Assembly (NCBI GenBank): GCA_013239625.1
Contig: MU054187.1
Coordinates: 1,363,964-1,427,963, forward strand
Direction of reading: 5' to 3'
Length of the DNA stretch: 64,000 bases
Source: Lama guanicoe
Taxonomy: Eukaryota
Below the pieces are notes generated by a model, which ran no database searches, was not told where the DNA came from, and worked only from the letters and a program-made list of their open reading frames with translations. Shown one piece after another: positions 63,086 to 64,000 of the stretch; the first letter of the stretch is position 1; each line of letters begins with the position of its first letter. A program made the translations under genes and the position numbers.

Positions 63086-64000
63086 TGGTGAAACCTCATA
63101 GAGGTGGCCCACTGTCCCCAGACACGCAGGCGGGCGATGCCACCACAGCAGGCCCTGAGTCTCGGCCCTGATGCCCCACCGGGCCCTCGCTGCCCCTCCC
63201 TCCCAGACGGCCTGGGGTTCTGGTTCCGGCTTCTGCTCATGCAGCTGCATCCACTCTGGCCTCTTCTCCGTTGGCTGTTCCCACTCGCTGACTGAGGCAC
63301 AAGGTAGCACCGACCGCAGAGGACGCTGATGCCCCCTGCCCGCCCCGCCCAAGCCACCCCACCTGTGCTTGTTGCTCACCCACAGCATCCTCTGTACAAG
63401 CTACGCCACGCCTGGGGGTAAAATGGCCTGCTTCTGTCTCTCGCTGTCACTCTGCAAGTACGCAAACGTCATAAAGGTATTCCTGTACCTGGTAATAGGT
63501 ACTAACACTTCAAGCATAAAATGCACATTTACTGAAATGAACAGTGTGTGACTGGGTCTTTATTTCATGATTTATGACACCAAGTGACCTGAGGATTTCT
63601 GGGGATTAGTATTTTGATAGATGTCACCAAGTAACCTGTGAAAATGAGTTTCTTGGTCAAATACATTGGGGAAATCTGAGGGAATGTTACATATATACAT
63701 TAAATAGAGGGTTTCAACTCAGTTGAAATAGAACGTACACGTTATGGGCCCATTTTAATAAGAGGCACAGAAGCACTAATGAAAGTTAAGTGTGTATATT
63801 ATTTTCATAATCACAGAAAAGAATAGGAAAACGCATGCCCAGAATGTGTGCAGAGCTAGACCAGAAGCGGAAAGAGGCGGCTACGTTTCCAACACCACTT
63901 GGTGCCAATGGGCCCAGTGACTTCTTTAAGCTGACAAACAGATGAAATCTTAAAATGGAGTGAGTGAATCAAGGAGAAATAACTAATTAGAAAATAAAAT

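Noticed and set aside
1..64000. tRNA, rRNA, snRNA genes or processed pseudogenes
   Set aside because: I recognised none. Small structured RNAs cannot be excluded without an Infernal/Rfam search.

Overview
This window is mammalian nuclear DNA with no protein-coding gene I can recognise. It is most likely from a cetartiodactyl and probably a camelid: the young L1 3' UTRs are artiodactyl-type, and I saw no Alu, Bov-A/BovB or PRE-1 SINEs. That assignment is an inference. The sequence is a mosaic of old and young L1 fragments, HAL1, L2/MIR, several LTR/ERV relics, DNA-transposon fossils, micro- and minisatellites, and one 336-N assembly gap. There are about five CpG-island-like segments (about 1-500, 17.2-18.3 kb, 42.7-44.5 kb, 51.0-51.8 kb and 55.1-56.0 kb). 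The ORFs in the track are best explained by GC-rich sequence, simple repeats, L1 remnants or the N gap. Scattered well-formed splice sites suggest spliced non-coding transcripts or 5'-UTR exons on both strands. The most notable signals are: (1) patches of strong AT-to-GC substitution in transposon fossils, consistent with GC-biased gene conversion and possibly building CpG islands from L1/HAL1; (2) two twin-primed, 5'-inverted L1 insertions; (3) a CpG-rich near-perfect palindrome inside a MIR; (4) an RFX/ETS promoter-like element; (5) an ERV relic with a tRNA-Ser-like primer-binding site. I found no evidence of a novel multi-gene system. Repeat family names come from recalled consensus sequences, not database searches, and repeat boundaries are approximate.
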